Of a stretch of 41,771 nt of DNA, positions 7,454 to 15,952 are shown piece by piece. The notes under the pieces are model-generated. The model ran no database searches. It was not told the DNA's origin and saw only the letters and a list, made by a program, of their open reading frames with translations. Position numbers and translations under genes: made by a program. Numbering within the stretch: the first letter of the stretch is position 1; each line of letters opens with the position of its first letter. Source of the stretch: a virus (lineage: Duplodnaviria; Caudoviricetes); the IMG/VR virus record IMGVR_UViG_3300022936_000016, positions 1-41,771 of that record. One strand, 5' to 3'.

Positions 7454-7995
7454 TGAGCGGTTCGACACAGGCGAAGGCCGACCTGCCCGCGTTGCAGGCA
7501 TGGGCCGAGGCGATCATGCAGAGCCGAGCGCCCGACTTCGTCATCGGTTCGGGCTATCTCGAGCGCTGGTGGGTGGTGCCGCGCAACGACTTTTCCAACG
7601 TGTACCTGCACCGCTTCTCCGGCAGCGACGAGGACCGGGCGCTGCACGATCACCCGTGGGCCAGCACCAGCGTCCTGATCGCCGGGCGATATATCGAGCA
7701 CACCCCGGCGGGCCAGGCCATGCGTGGCGCCGGCGACGTGATCCAGCGGCGGGCGAGTGATGCCCACCGGGTGGAAATCCTGCCCGGTGAAACCGCGGTG
7801 ACGCTGTTTTTCACCGGCCCCGTCGAGCGCCAATGGGGTTTCCTGTGCCCGCAGGGCTGGGTGCACTGGCGCGATTTCACCGACCCGACCGACGAAGGTT
7901 TGGTGGGGCGCGGATGCGGCGAGCCCGGCGATCTGGTGGCGACAAGCTGGCCGGGCACATGGCTTCAGGCCGAGCGCCTGCCCGGTGAATCCTGA
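7453..7995 (+). CDS. Cupin-like phage protein
   Basis: YLHRF..SDEDRALHDHPW..GRYIE..HRVE..TLFFTGP..WGF. Confidence 0.7.
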   Translation: MSGSTQAKADLPALQAWAEAIMQSRAPDFVIGSGYLERWWVVPRNDFSNVYLHRFSGSDEDRALHDHPWASTSVLIAGRYIEHTPAGQAMRGAGDVIQRRASDAHRVEILPGETAVTLFFTGPVERQWGFLCPQGWVHWRDFTDPTDEGLVGRGCGEPGDLVATSWPGTWLQAERLPGES

Positions 7996-8465
7996 TGACC
8001 CGCCACCACAGCCAGGTGTTGGCGCGGTTCAAGACCACGATGATCGACGTGTTCGACTGGCTCGGCGGCAAGGAGGGGGTCGCGAAGACCGCCGAACGAT
8101 CGCCCAGCACGGTCGGCGATTGGCGCAACATCAACAACACCGTCTTTCCGCCGCTCGATCGCGCGTACGTGCTCGACCGGACGTTGATGGCGATGGGGCA
8201 GCGGCCCGAGATCGCGCACCGCTATGTCGCCGAGCTGGGCGGGGTGCTGTTCTTCCTGCCCGAGGCGACCGGGGAGGAGGCGTTGAACGCGGCGCTGATC
8301 GATGTCTCGGCCGAGTTCGGCGACATTTCCGGCGAGCTGCGCGACGCGACCCGCGACGGCGTGTTCTGCGCGCGCGATTCCGACAAGGTGGTGCTGCAGA
8401 TCGACGAGGCGGCGGCGTCGCTGGCGCGGTTGCGTGCCGTCGTGGCGGCGATGGGGGGCAAGTGA
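7995..8465 (+). CDS. CII-like regulatory protein
   Basis: N-terminal HTH-like GGKEGVAKTAERSPSTVGDW plus a helical C-terminus with DGV; position after cro. Confidence 0.55.
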   Translation: MTRHHSQVLARFKTTMIDVFDWLGGKEGVAKTAERSPSTVGDWRNINNTVFPPLDRAYVLDRTLMAMGQRPEIAHRYVAELGGVLFFLPEATGEEALNAALIDVSAEFGDISGELRDATRDGVFCARDSDKVVLQIDEAAASLARLRAVVAAMGGK

Positions 8466-9040
8466 TGGCCGCCGCGCCCTCTTTCTCGCTGACCCTGTCC
8501 TTCGCGGTGCCCGCCGACGAGCTGCGCGCGTGGCTGGACGGGGCCGAGCCGGGGGCGCGGACGGTGTATGCGCACGGGATCGACCTGCCCCGCGGGAGCG
8601 AGGCGGCGGTGCTGGTGGGGCAGTGGGTGCGCGATGGCCGCGCGACCACGCACCAGCGGCGCGACCCGGCGGATGCGCGGCGGTGGCAGTTCCTGGTGGA
8701 GGCGCGATCGCGCCGCGCGTGGAGCGGGCCGGCGGGCGCGCGGGTGGCCGATGCCGCACCGGGTGTGGTGCCCTCGCGCGAGATGAAGTCGCTGCTGGTG
8801 CTGCTGGTCGCCTGCGCGACCCAGGGGCTGGTGCTGCCGAGCAATGCCGCGCTGGCCGACCAGCTGGGGCTGGCGGGCGAGCGCGGGCGGATGCGGGCCA
8901 AGTACCTGCTGGCCCGGGCGCAGCGCGACGGGCTGATCCGGGTGGACAAGGTGCGCGGCCAGCGGGTGGCGACGATTTTGGCGGACGGGCGCGGACAGGG
9001 CTTGAGCACTGCCGCCCCACAACCGGGGAGGCGAGGATGA
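8465..9040 (+). CDS. Hypothetical protein with C-terminal winged HTH
   Basis: LPSNAALADQLGL..LLARAQRDGLIRV. Confidence 0.6.
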   Translation: MAAAPSFSLTLSFAVPADELRAWLDGAEPGARTVYAHGIDLPRGSEAAVLVGQWVRDGRATTHQRRDPADARRWQFLVEARSRRAWSGPAGARVADAAPGVVPSREMKSLLVLLVACATQGLVLPSNAALADQLGLAGERGRMRAKYLLARAQRDGLIRVDKVRGQRVATILADGRGQGLSTAAPQPGRRG

Positions 9041-9195
9041 TCTGGAGTTTCGTGGCGGTGTTCGCGGTCGGATTCGTGGCGGGGTTCGCCGCGTTGTGGC
9101 TGTGGGCCTGGCTGAGCGGACCGCCGGGCGAGTGCCCCAATTGCGGCCAGGATCGGTGCGTGTGCCATGCCAAGGGCGATTCCGGTGGCTGGTGA
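9037..9195 (+). CDS. Small membrane protein with Cys cluster (52 aa)
   Basis: TM helix followed by CPNC..CVCH; ATGA overlap. Confidence 0.5.
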   Translation: MIWSFVAVFAVGFVAGFAALWLWAWLSGPPGECPNCGQDRCVCHAKGDSGGW

Positions 9196-9228
9196 AGTGG
9201 TGCCTGCGGGCCAGGGAAGGAACAACCG

Positions 9229-10332
9229 ATGATCACGATCGAAGCGGCGGTGCTGGCGCGGGCGATGAAGCACGCGGCGGGGATCGTGGAATCGCGCAAC
9301 ACCATCCCGATCCTTGCCAATGTGCGGCTGACCACGCGCGGGGCGATGCTGGAACTGCTGACCAGCGACCTGGATATCGAGCTGCGCCAGTCGGTGCCGT
9401 TGGCCGGGGCGCCGGGCGAGCTGGCGTGCACGGTGGACGCGCGGCGCCTGGCGGCGCTGGCCGGGGCGGTGGATGCCGGGGCGCAGATCGGGCTGGAACT
9501 GGTCGACCGGCAATTGCAGGTGCGCGCCGGGCGCGGGCGGTGGAAGCTGCCGGTGTTGCCGGTCGACGATTTCCCGGCGATGCCGTTCGAGGAGGCGGGC
9601 GAGCCGCTGGTGATTGCCGGCGACGTGCTGGCCCGCGCGATTTCGCGCACGGCGCCTTCGGTGGGCAACGAGGCACACCGACCGATGCTCACTGGCACGC
9701 TGCTCGACGCCGAGGACGGCAAGTTGCGGCTCGTTTCGACCGACAGTCACCGGTTGTTCGCGGGGGCGGTCTCTACGCCGCTGGCAGAGGGCACGGGGCT
9801 GATCGTGCCGGCCAAGTTCATGCACAATCTGCAGCAGCTGGCCAGCGCGCCCAAAGTGGCGCCGGAGGTGCGGCTGTTCCTCGCCGCGGGTGGCAAGCGC
9901 CTGCGGGCGGAGATCGACACGCTGGTGCTGACCGGCAACACGATCGATTCCACCTTTCCCGAATATCGCCGGGTGATGCCGCCGGTGCAGGACGCACCGG
10001 CGCGGTTCGATCCGGCGGTCGCGCGGTCGGCTTTGCGTCGCGTGCTGCTGGTGGCGACCGAGAAAACCCGCGCGGTCAAGATGACGTTCGGCGACGGCAA
10101 GATCGTGCTGTCGGTCACCTCGCCCGAAGGCGGCAGCGCCGAGGAGGAGGTGGTGGCCGAGTGCACCGCCGGCCATGAGGCGGGGTTCAACGGCGCTTAT
10201 CTCGAGACGATGCTCGAGCAGATCGGCGGCGACACGATCGAACTGCACCATGCCGATGCGGGCGCCCCGGCGCTGTTCCGGCGGGTGGTGGATGACGGCG
10301 CGCGCGGCGTGCTGATGCCGATGCGGGTTTGA
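9229..10332 (+). CDS. dnaN: DNA polymerase III beta sliding clamp (phage copy)
   Basis: SRNTIPILANV, TSDLD, VSTDSHRL, FPEYRRV, GFNGAYL, VLMPMRV; 367 aa. Confidence 0.95.
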   Translation: MITIEAAVLARAMKHAAGIVESRNTIPILANVRLTTRGAMLELLTSDLDIELRQSVPLAGAPGELACTVDARRLAALAGAVDAGAQIGLELVDRQLQVRAGRGRWKLPVLPVDDFPAMPFEEAGEPLVIAGDVLARAISRTAPSVGNEAHRPMLTGTLLDAEDGKLRLVSTDSHRLFAGAVSTPLAEGTGLIVPAKFMHNLQQLASAPKVAPEVRLFLAAGGKRLRAEIDTLVLTGNTIDSTFPEYRRVMPPVQDAPARFDPAVARSALRRVLLVATEKTRAVKMTFGDGKIVLSVTSPEGGSAEEEVVAECTAGHEAGFNGAYLETMLEQIGGDTIELHHADAGAPALFRRVVDDGARGVLMPMRV

Positions 10333-10343
10333 AGGAGGCGACG

Positions 10344-10679
10344 ATGGGCAAGGTGTTTTCAGTCGAATGCAAGTCGTGCGGCGTCTCGATCGGGTTTGAA
10401 GACGACGATATCGTGGGGCTCGAAAGCTATATCGAAAGCGAGGTCGAAGATCGGTCTGACAGCGGTCCGGACGATGACGACGAACAGCCGTCACTGGCAT
10501 CGGTCGGTGGCGCCAGACTGTTTTACGAGTTGGCGGTGGCGGTTCGCCGCGGCGATCGCGCCGAGGCGGAGCTGTTGCTCGACCGGATGGCCGAGGGCTG
10601 GGGCCTGGCCGCGCAGGAACTGGTGCAGCAGGGTCGCTACAGCCCCGCCGCGCGGCGTGCGCCGGCCGAGGTGGGGTGA
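10344..10679 (+). CDS. Hypothetical protein with N-terminal CxxC and an acidic tract
   Basis: AAGGAGG RBS; MGKVFSVECKSCG. Confidence 0.65.
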   Translation: MGKVFSVECKSCGVSIGFEDDDIVGLESYIESEVEDRSDSGPDDDDEQPSLASVGGARLFYELAVAVRRGDRAEAELLLDRMAEGWGLAAQELVQQGRYSPAARRAPAEVG

Positions 10680-10873
10680 TGGACTTGCCCGCAATGACAC
10701 TGCCGCAGGCGCCGTCGCGCGAGGTGTGTTTCTGGTGCGGGATCCCCGGCTTTCGCGCCTGGGCGCATTTCGCGCCGTTCGTGGCGCAGGTGCATGTCGC
10801 GCCCGATCCGGAGGCACGCTCTGCCCGGCACCATGGCAATTATCGCCGCCGGCCCGAACGCGGGGAGGATTGA
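10676..10873 (+). CDS. Small hypothetical protein (CFWC motif)
   Basis: Overlap-coupled 65-aa ORF. Confidence 0.45.
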   Translation: MMDLPAMTLPQAPSREVCFWCGIPGFRAWAHFAPFVAQVHVAPDPEARSARHHGNYRRRPERGED

Positions 10874-10876
10874 GCG

Positions 10877-11182
10877 GTGGGCGCCCTGCGGCATCCGACG
10901 GCGGACACGCGCCCCATCCTGACGCCGGCGCTGACCGACATGCTGGCCGAGCGGCGGCGGCAGGCCGAGCTGGGGCACACGCGCGCGGCCGATGCGGGGC
11001 TGCCGATCTGGCATTTTGCCCGGGTGGCGGTGCGCCTGGCCAAGCTGGCCGAAAGCAGCGTGACCGGCTGTTCGACCCGCGCGGTGGTGCGGCGGCGCTT
11101 TGTGCTGCTGGGCGCGTTTGCGCTGGCGGCGGTCGAGCGGATCGATGGCGAGGCGATCGAGGGGGTGGGCGGCGATGTCTGA
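10877..11182 (+). CDS. Conserved phage hypothetical protein
   Basis: DMLAERRRQ..GHT..AD ... AFALAAVERID family pattern. Confidence 0.6.
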   Translation: MGALRHPTADTRPILTPALTDMLAERRRQAELGHTRAADAGLPIWHFARVAVRLAKLAESSVTGCSTRAVVRRRFVLLGAFALAAVERIDGEAIEGVGGDV

Positions 11183-11738
11183 TTACGCCGCCGATTTCCT
11201 CGCCGCGAACCCGTTGCCGTGGCCTGGTGCGCGACGGTTGATGGCGGCCGGAGTGCCGGGCGCGGTGGTCGGCGAGATGAACGGGCGTGGGACGCTGGGC
11301 GCGGCGCGGGTGCAGGTGACCGGCAAGGGCGCCCGGTTCGAGATCGAGGGCCCTGATGCCCGGCTGTTGCTGGCGGTGGAGGATGGCGCTGGCGCGGTGA
11401 TCGACGTGGTGGCGCTGAGCACCAGTGACGAGAACCAGTGGTCGCTGCTGACCGGCATGGGCGACCTGCTGGGCGAGGCGGCGCTGGAGGATGCGGTGGT
11501 GCACAACCGGCGCGAGCTGCGGCTGTTCGCCACGCCGATGGACTGGCTGCGCGGCGGGATGGCCGGGGTGTGCGTGCTGGCGTGGAATCGCCCGGCGCTG
11601 GGCGCGCTGCGGATGCTGCCCGCCAGCCTGACCCTGGTGGTGAGCGCAGGCGTGGGCGAGCGATTGCGCGGGCTGCTGGCGTTCGGCGCGCTGCCGAAGG
11701 TGGCAGAGATCCGCGGCAATATGGAGAGGGCGGCGTAA
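11175..11738 (+). CDS. Conserved replication-region hypothetical protein
   Basis: IDVVAL..LLG..LRLFATPMDWLRGG..GVCVL; this kind of gene typically precedes alphaproteobacterial phage primase/helicase genes. Confidence 0.7.
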   Translation: MSDYAADFLAANPLPWPGARRLMAAGVPGAVVGEMNGRGTLGAARVQVTGKGARFEIEGPDARLLLAVEDGAGAVIDVVALSTSDENQWSLLTGMGDLLGEAALEDAVVHNRRELRLFATPMDWLRGGMAGVCVLAWNRPALGALRMLPASLTLVVSAGVGERLRGLLAFGALPKVAEIRGNMERAA

Positions 11739-12028
11739 TGGCCATTGGTATCCCATTCGACGAAGCGAACACGTTGCTGCGGGCGCCGACCCCAGAGGAC
11801 GCCGCCGCTGGCACCGTCTATGATTTGCATGTCCATCGTTATCGCGATCTGGACGGGTGCCATCATGTGATCAGCAAGTGGAAGCTCTCGCCAGAGGAGT
11901 TGGCCGAGGTCGTGCGAACTGGCGGCGAGTTGTGGTTCGGCTGCTGGGGGCAAACCCACCCGCCGATGTGGATCGCTGGGAATTACCCGTTCGTGACGAA
12001 TCCTGCCCCCGAGACCGGCGGAAACTGA
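11738..12028 (+). CDS. Conserved phage hypothetical protein (96 aa)
   Basis: ISKWKLSPEELAEV.RTG..W....GQTHPP; TAATG coupling. Confidence 0.7.
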   Translation: MAIGIPFDEANTLLRAPTPEDAAAGTVYDLHVHRYRDLDGCHHVISKWKLSPEELAEVVRTGGELWFGCWGQTHPPMWIAGNYPFVTNPAPETGGN

Positions 12029-12029
12029 A

Positions 12030-13979
12030 ATGTCCGACACAAGCAACCCCTTTGCCGGCCCCTCCCCGGAGCAAGCCCCCACGCCCCCTGCTGGTGGTGA
12101 TGGCGCGGCTTCCGGGCCGGGTGGCATTGCGGGGGAAATCCGGTGGGGTCGGGGGCGGATGCGGGTCGACCCGGATCCCGAGCGCGATCTGGAATGCGCG
12201 CGCCTGCCGCTGACCGACCTTGGCAATGCCGAGCGCTGGCGCCTGCGCCACGGTCACGATTTCCGCTTCTGCGCCGAAATCGGGTGGTTCGCCTGGGACG
12301 GGCGGCGGTGGAAGCTGTTGAGCGAGGAAAAGGACGCGCTGCCGGCCGCCGTGATGCAATCGGTGTTCGCAACGATCCGGGCGTTGCGCAACGAGGCGGC
12401 GCTGGTGGCGGCGAGCGGTTATCCGCCCGTGCTGGGCCTGTCGGAAAAGCAGCTGCGCGAGCTGGAAAGCTGGGCCGAGGCCGAGCGCACCACCAGTTTC
12501 GACATGTATCTGGGCGCGGTGCGGCGCGCGGACCCGGCCAGGGAACAGGACATTGCGGACTGGCTGCAGGCGCTCGAGCCGATGGACATGGTGCTGGGCA
12601 AGAAGCTGTGGAGCCAGTCGATCGCCGCCTGGGCAAAGACCAGTGAGGGCGCCGGCAAGCTGTTGAGCGTGGCCAAGCTGGCCAAGAGCTTTCCCGACAT
12701 CGCCGTGGGCACCGATGCGTTCGACCACGACCGGATGGCGATCAACGTGCTGAACGGCACGCTGCGCCTGGTGCGCAACACCCGCGCGCTTTCCGAAGTG
12801 GAACAGCGGGCGCGGATCGCTGCCGGGAAGAAGGGGGCGGCGTTCGTCACCGAAGGGTGGAAGATGAAGCTGCACCCGCACGATCGCGGCGACCTGATCA
12901 CCAAGCTGGCCCCGGTGAAGTATTCGCCGCGCGCCACCTGCCCCGAATACGACCAGTTCATGGCCCGCGTGCAGCCCGACGAGGTGATGCGACGGTTCAT
13001 CCACCAGTGGGGCGGATATTCGCTGACCGGCGACATCGGGGAGCACAAGCTGGCATTCTTCCACGGTGGAGGGCGCAACGGCAAGGGCACGTGGGTGGAG
13101 GCGGTGGCGGCGATCGGCGGCGATTACGCGGGATCGATCGGGGTGGAATCGCTGGCCGAGCAGAAAACCGGCAAGCGCGGCGACCAGGCCACTCCCGATC
13201 TGGCGCGGTTGCCCGGCGTGCGGCTGTTGCGCGTGTCCGAACCGCCCAAGGGCATGGGCTGGAACGACGGGTTGATCAAACAGCTGACCGGCGGCGACCC
13301 GGTGGATGCGCGGCATCTGAACAAGGGGTTCTTCACCTTCCTGCCCAGCTTCAAGCTGACCATTTCGGGCAACAACAAGCCGCGCGTGCGCGACCTGACC
13401 CACGGCATGTGGGCGCGGATGCAGCTGGTGCCGTGGGCGGTGACGATCCCCGAAAGCGAGATCGACCGCGGGCTGGGCGAGAAACTGATCGGCGAGGGCA
13501 GCGGGATATTCAACCGGCTGCTGGCCGGGCTGCTGGATTGGCGCAGCAACGGGCTGATCGTGCCCGACGAGGTGAAGAACGCCACCCGCGCCTATCGCGA
13601 CGACAGCGACGATCTGGGGCGGTTCCTGACCGCGATCTGCGAGGTGGGCCCGCATTGCCGCGTGGGCGCCAAGCAGCTGCATCTGCTGTATTGTGCGTGG
13701 GCCGATGCCTGCGGCGGCTCCACCTGGTCGATCAAGGGCTTCAAGGGGGCGATGATCGACAAGGGGTTCGAGCAGACGCAGAGCGACGGGATGAAGTGGA
13801 ACGGCGTCGGCCTGCGCCCCGGTGTGGTGCTGGAGGATGTGCAGCGCGGGGTGTGGCCCGACGTGCTGGAGGATGGCGGCGGCGGCCCTGTTGATGGCGC
13901 CGGTGATGGCTCTGGGGCGGGAAATGGCGGCGATAACAGGCCCTTGTACGGCTCCATCCTCGACCATGACGATGACTAG
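12030..13979 (+). CDS. P4-family/D5-like SF3 helicase (phage/plasmid primase P4 family C-terminal region)
   Basis: D5_N motifs LTDLGNAER, WFAWDGRRW, INVLNG; Walker A GGGRNGKGT; IKQLTGGD..ARHL; GNNKP. Confidence 0.92.
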   Translation: MSDTSNPFAGPSPEQAPTPPAGGDGAASGPGGIAGEIRWGRGRMRVDPDPERDLECARLPLTDLGNAERWRLRHGHDFRFCAEIGWFAWDGRRWKLLSEEKDALPAAVMQSVFATIRALRNEAALVAASGYPPVLGLSEKQLRELESWAEAERTTSFDMYLGAVRRADPAREQDIADWLQALEPMDMVLGKKLWSQSIAAWAKTSEGAGKLLSVAKLAKSFPDIAVGTDAFDHDRMAINVLNGTLRLVRNTRALSEVEQRARIAAGKKGAAFVTEGWKMKLHPHDRGDLITKLAPVKYSPRATCPEYDQFMARVQPDEVMRRFIHQWGGYSLTGDIGEHKLAFFHGGGRNGKGTWVEAVAAIGGDYAGSIGVESLAEQKTGKRGDQATPDLARLPGVRLLRVSEPPKGMGWNDGLIKQLTGGDPVDARHLNKGFFTFLPSFKLTISGNNKPRVRDLTHGMWARMQLVPWAVTIPESEIDRGLGEKLIGEGSGIFNRLLAGLLDWRSNGLIVPDEVKNATRAYRDDSDDLGRFLTAICEVGPHCRVGAKQLHLLYCAWADACGGSTWSIKGFKGAMIDKGFEQTQSDGMKWNGVGLRPGVVLEDVQRGVWPDVLEDGGGGPVDGAGDGSGAGNGGDNRPLYGSILDHDDD

Positions 13980-13989
13980 GCGGGGCCTG

Positions 13990-14310
13990 TCCCTTCCACC
14001 CCCGGTTTGACGGAATGGCCGGTTTTAGCTCTGTCGGAAGGAAGAAAGTCTCGGTTTTCCGGGGGCTTGGCGTGCGTTCGGAAGGGTGGAAGGCAAATCC
14101 GTGATCCCTCTTCGCGCGATGAACAGTGTGGTGTTGCTCAAGAGAGTAACCCTGTTTTCCCTTCCATCCTTCCAATGTGTCTTCGAGTAGAGAAGAAAAT
14201 AGAAAGGAAGCTCATGAAATCTCACGATAAAGCGCTGATCTTCGATCCTTCCGAAAACCTTCCGGGTGGTGCGGCGCGGGCGGTTCCGGGGAAATCGCGG
14301 TTGGAAGGGT
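13990..14310. repeat. Probable replication origin with GGAAGG/CCTTCC iterons
   Basis: Nine hexamer copies in both orientations (13992, 14036, 14080, 14088, 14160, 14168, 14247, 14258, 14303) in AT-richer DNA right after the helicase. Confidence 0.65.
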
Positions 14311-14813
14311 GCGGGGTGGTGCTGCCGCGCGACATCGCCGAACTGGAGGAGGCGCTGGTGCGGTGCCATGAGTTGTGGCGGCGCTCGCCCGGCGGTGGCG
14401 GTTGGCCGTTCGCGGGCGATGGGCCGTGGCACCTGATCCGCGCCGAGCAGGGCGACTATGTCGACAGCACCGACAGCGTGATCGAGGGCAAGGACGGGGC
14501 GTTGCGCGATATCCGCGTGCCGCTGACCCGGCGCCCGCGCGTGCCGCTAGACGCCGCCGAGGTGGCCGAGCGCGACGCGGTGACGGGCTGGCTGCAGCTG
14601 GTGGCCGATGTCGACGCGCGCGCGATCGTGTGGGCCGCTGGGCGCATGCTGCACCGTGGCGAGGGCCGGGTGGAGTGGGGCCAGTTGAAGCGCGAGCTGG
14701 GCTATCCGCGCACGCCCAGGCGGATGGCGGGCCGCTATCGCGAGGCGATGGCCGAGATCGTCTGCCGGTTGCAGGGCTGGCCCTTGCGGCGGGCGCGGGT
14801 GCTGGCCGGGTGA
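14214..14813 (+). CDS. Hypothetical protein, possible late-gene regulator
   Basis: AAAGGA RBS; lies in the Q-like position between replication and packaging genes; C-terminal helix-turn-helix-like W..LKRELG..RYREA. Confidence 0.6.
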   Translation: MKSHDKALIFDPSENLPGGAARAVPGKSRLEGCGVVLPRDIAELEEALVRCHELWRRSPGGGGWPFAGDGPWHLIRAEQGDYVDSTDSVIEGKDGALRDIRVPLTRRPRVPLDAAEVAERDAVTGWLQLVADVDARAIVWAAGRMLHRGEGRVEWGQLKRELGYPRTPRRMAGRYREAMAEIVCRLQGWPLRRARVLAG

Positions 14814-15019
14814 TTGCCCAGTTGGCGGTGGAATTGTGCTGTGATTTCAAGGGCGGGCACGTGTCAAGCTGGGCAATCGGTTGGGGTGTAAATAAAGCAT
14901 TTCGCTTGCCCAGCGGTTCGGGGCCATATTCGCATAGTCTGGTCGCAGGCGTTTGATTGTGACGGCAATGAAACTGCACCACTGCGACCGGACATCCTCT
15001 CTCCCTGTTACGATCCTGA

Positions 15020-15060
15020 GCGGGCGGTGCTGCTGTAATGCGGTGCCGCCCGCGCCCTTT
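15020..15060 (+). terminator. GC-rich hairpin with a short T tail in the late leader
   Basis: GCGGGCGGTGCTGC / GCGGTGCCGCCCGC stem (with G-U pairs) followed by GCCCTTT. Confidence 0.4.
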
Positions 15061-15065
15061 GCGAG

Positions 15066-15395
15066 GTGCGTCCGGTGCGGTTGAAGGCTCTGCCTCCCCG
15101 CCTCGGCACCATGCCCGCGCGGATACGGGCGATGCCCAAGGTGGCCGAGCGGTTCTATCTGAGCGCGGGGTGGAAGGACTACAAGCGCAGGCATCGCGCG
15201 TGGACCGTGCAGCGGTTCGGCGGGCTGTGGTGCAAGGTGTGCGGCGGAACCAACCGGCTGATCCTCGACCATCGCGTCGAGCGGCGGGATGGCGGCGCGG
15301 ACTTCCCTCCTTTCGAGGAGGCGGACTGGTATTGCGCGGGCTGCCACAACACGAAAACGGCGCGGGCGAGGGCCTTGCGCGCCGGTGGCGGCTGA
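15066..15395 (+). CDS. HNH endonuclease (terminase-associated)
   Basis: CKVC..LDHRVERRDGG..CAGCHNTKT, immediately upstream of terS. Confidence 0.88.
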   Translation: MRPVRLKALPPRLGTMPARIRAMPKVAERFYLSAGWKDYKRRHRAWTVQRFGGLWCKVCGGTNRLILDHRVERRDGGADFPPFEEADWYCAGCHNTKTARARALRAGGG

Positions 15396-15471
15396 GGGGT
15401 GGGGGGTGGTCGAAAGTTCAGGAGCCTTGCGGCTCGGGAACCGCTGTCTCTCTCATTCGGGGATTTTTTTC
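15396..15471. other. Probable cos packaging region
   Basis: G-run GGGGTGGGGGGTGGTCGAAAGT ... GATTTTTTT between HNH and terS, the layout of HK97-like cos phages; cut site not resolvable. Confidence 0.5.
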
Positions 15472-15945
15472 TTGGCTGGTGAATTTTCAGGCACTGACCT
15501 GTTTGGCGAAGAGTGTTCGCCGCCCGGGAAAGGCCGTGGAAGGCCGCCGCATGTGCCGACCCGCGAAACGCGGAACAAGGTGCTAATGTGTCTGGTGCGC
15601 GGCCTGTCGGCCAAGCAGACGGCAGCGGTGGTGGGGGTCGCGGTGTCGACCTTGCGCGAGCATTATTCGGCCGAGCTAGGCCAGCGCCATGTGGCCGCCA
15701 CGCGGTTCGAGATGCACCAGCTGATGCGGCTCAACGACGAGGCCGAGAAGGGCAACGTGGCCGCCGACAAGGAACTGGCCAAGCGCCTCGACTCGCTGCG
15801 GATGCGGGACCAGCACCGGGCCGATGTGCCGGCGCCGTCCGGCAGGGCAAAGACCGAGAAGCTGGGTAAGAAGGACGCGGCGGAAAGGGCGGCGCAGGAG
15901 CAACGCGGACTGTACGAACCGCCTGCCCCTCCGGTGCTGAACTGA
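15472..15945 (+). CDS. Terminase small subunit
   Basis: DLFG..GRGRPPHVPT..HTH..LREHYSAEL..GNVAA..KLGKK; directly before terL; TTG start uncertain. Confidence 0.75.
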   Translation: MAGEFSGTDLFGEECSPPGKGRGRPPHVPTRETRNKVLMCLVRGLSAKQTAAVVGVAVSTLREHYSAELGQRHVAATRFEMHQLMRLNDEAEKGNVAADKELAKRLDSLRMRDQHRADVPAPSGRAKTEKLGKKDAAERAAQEQRGLYEPPAPPVLN

Positions 15946-15952
15946 GGCGGGC

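Noticed and set aside
13990-14310. CRISPR-like array
   Set aside because: Repeats are 6-mers, irregularly spaced and in both orientations
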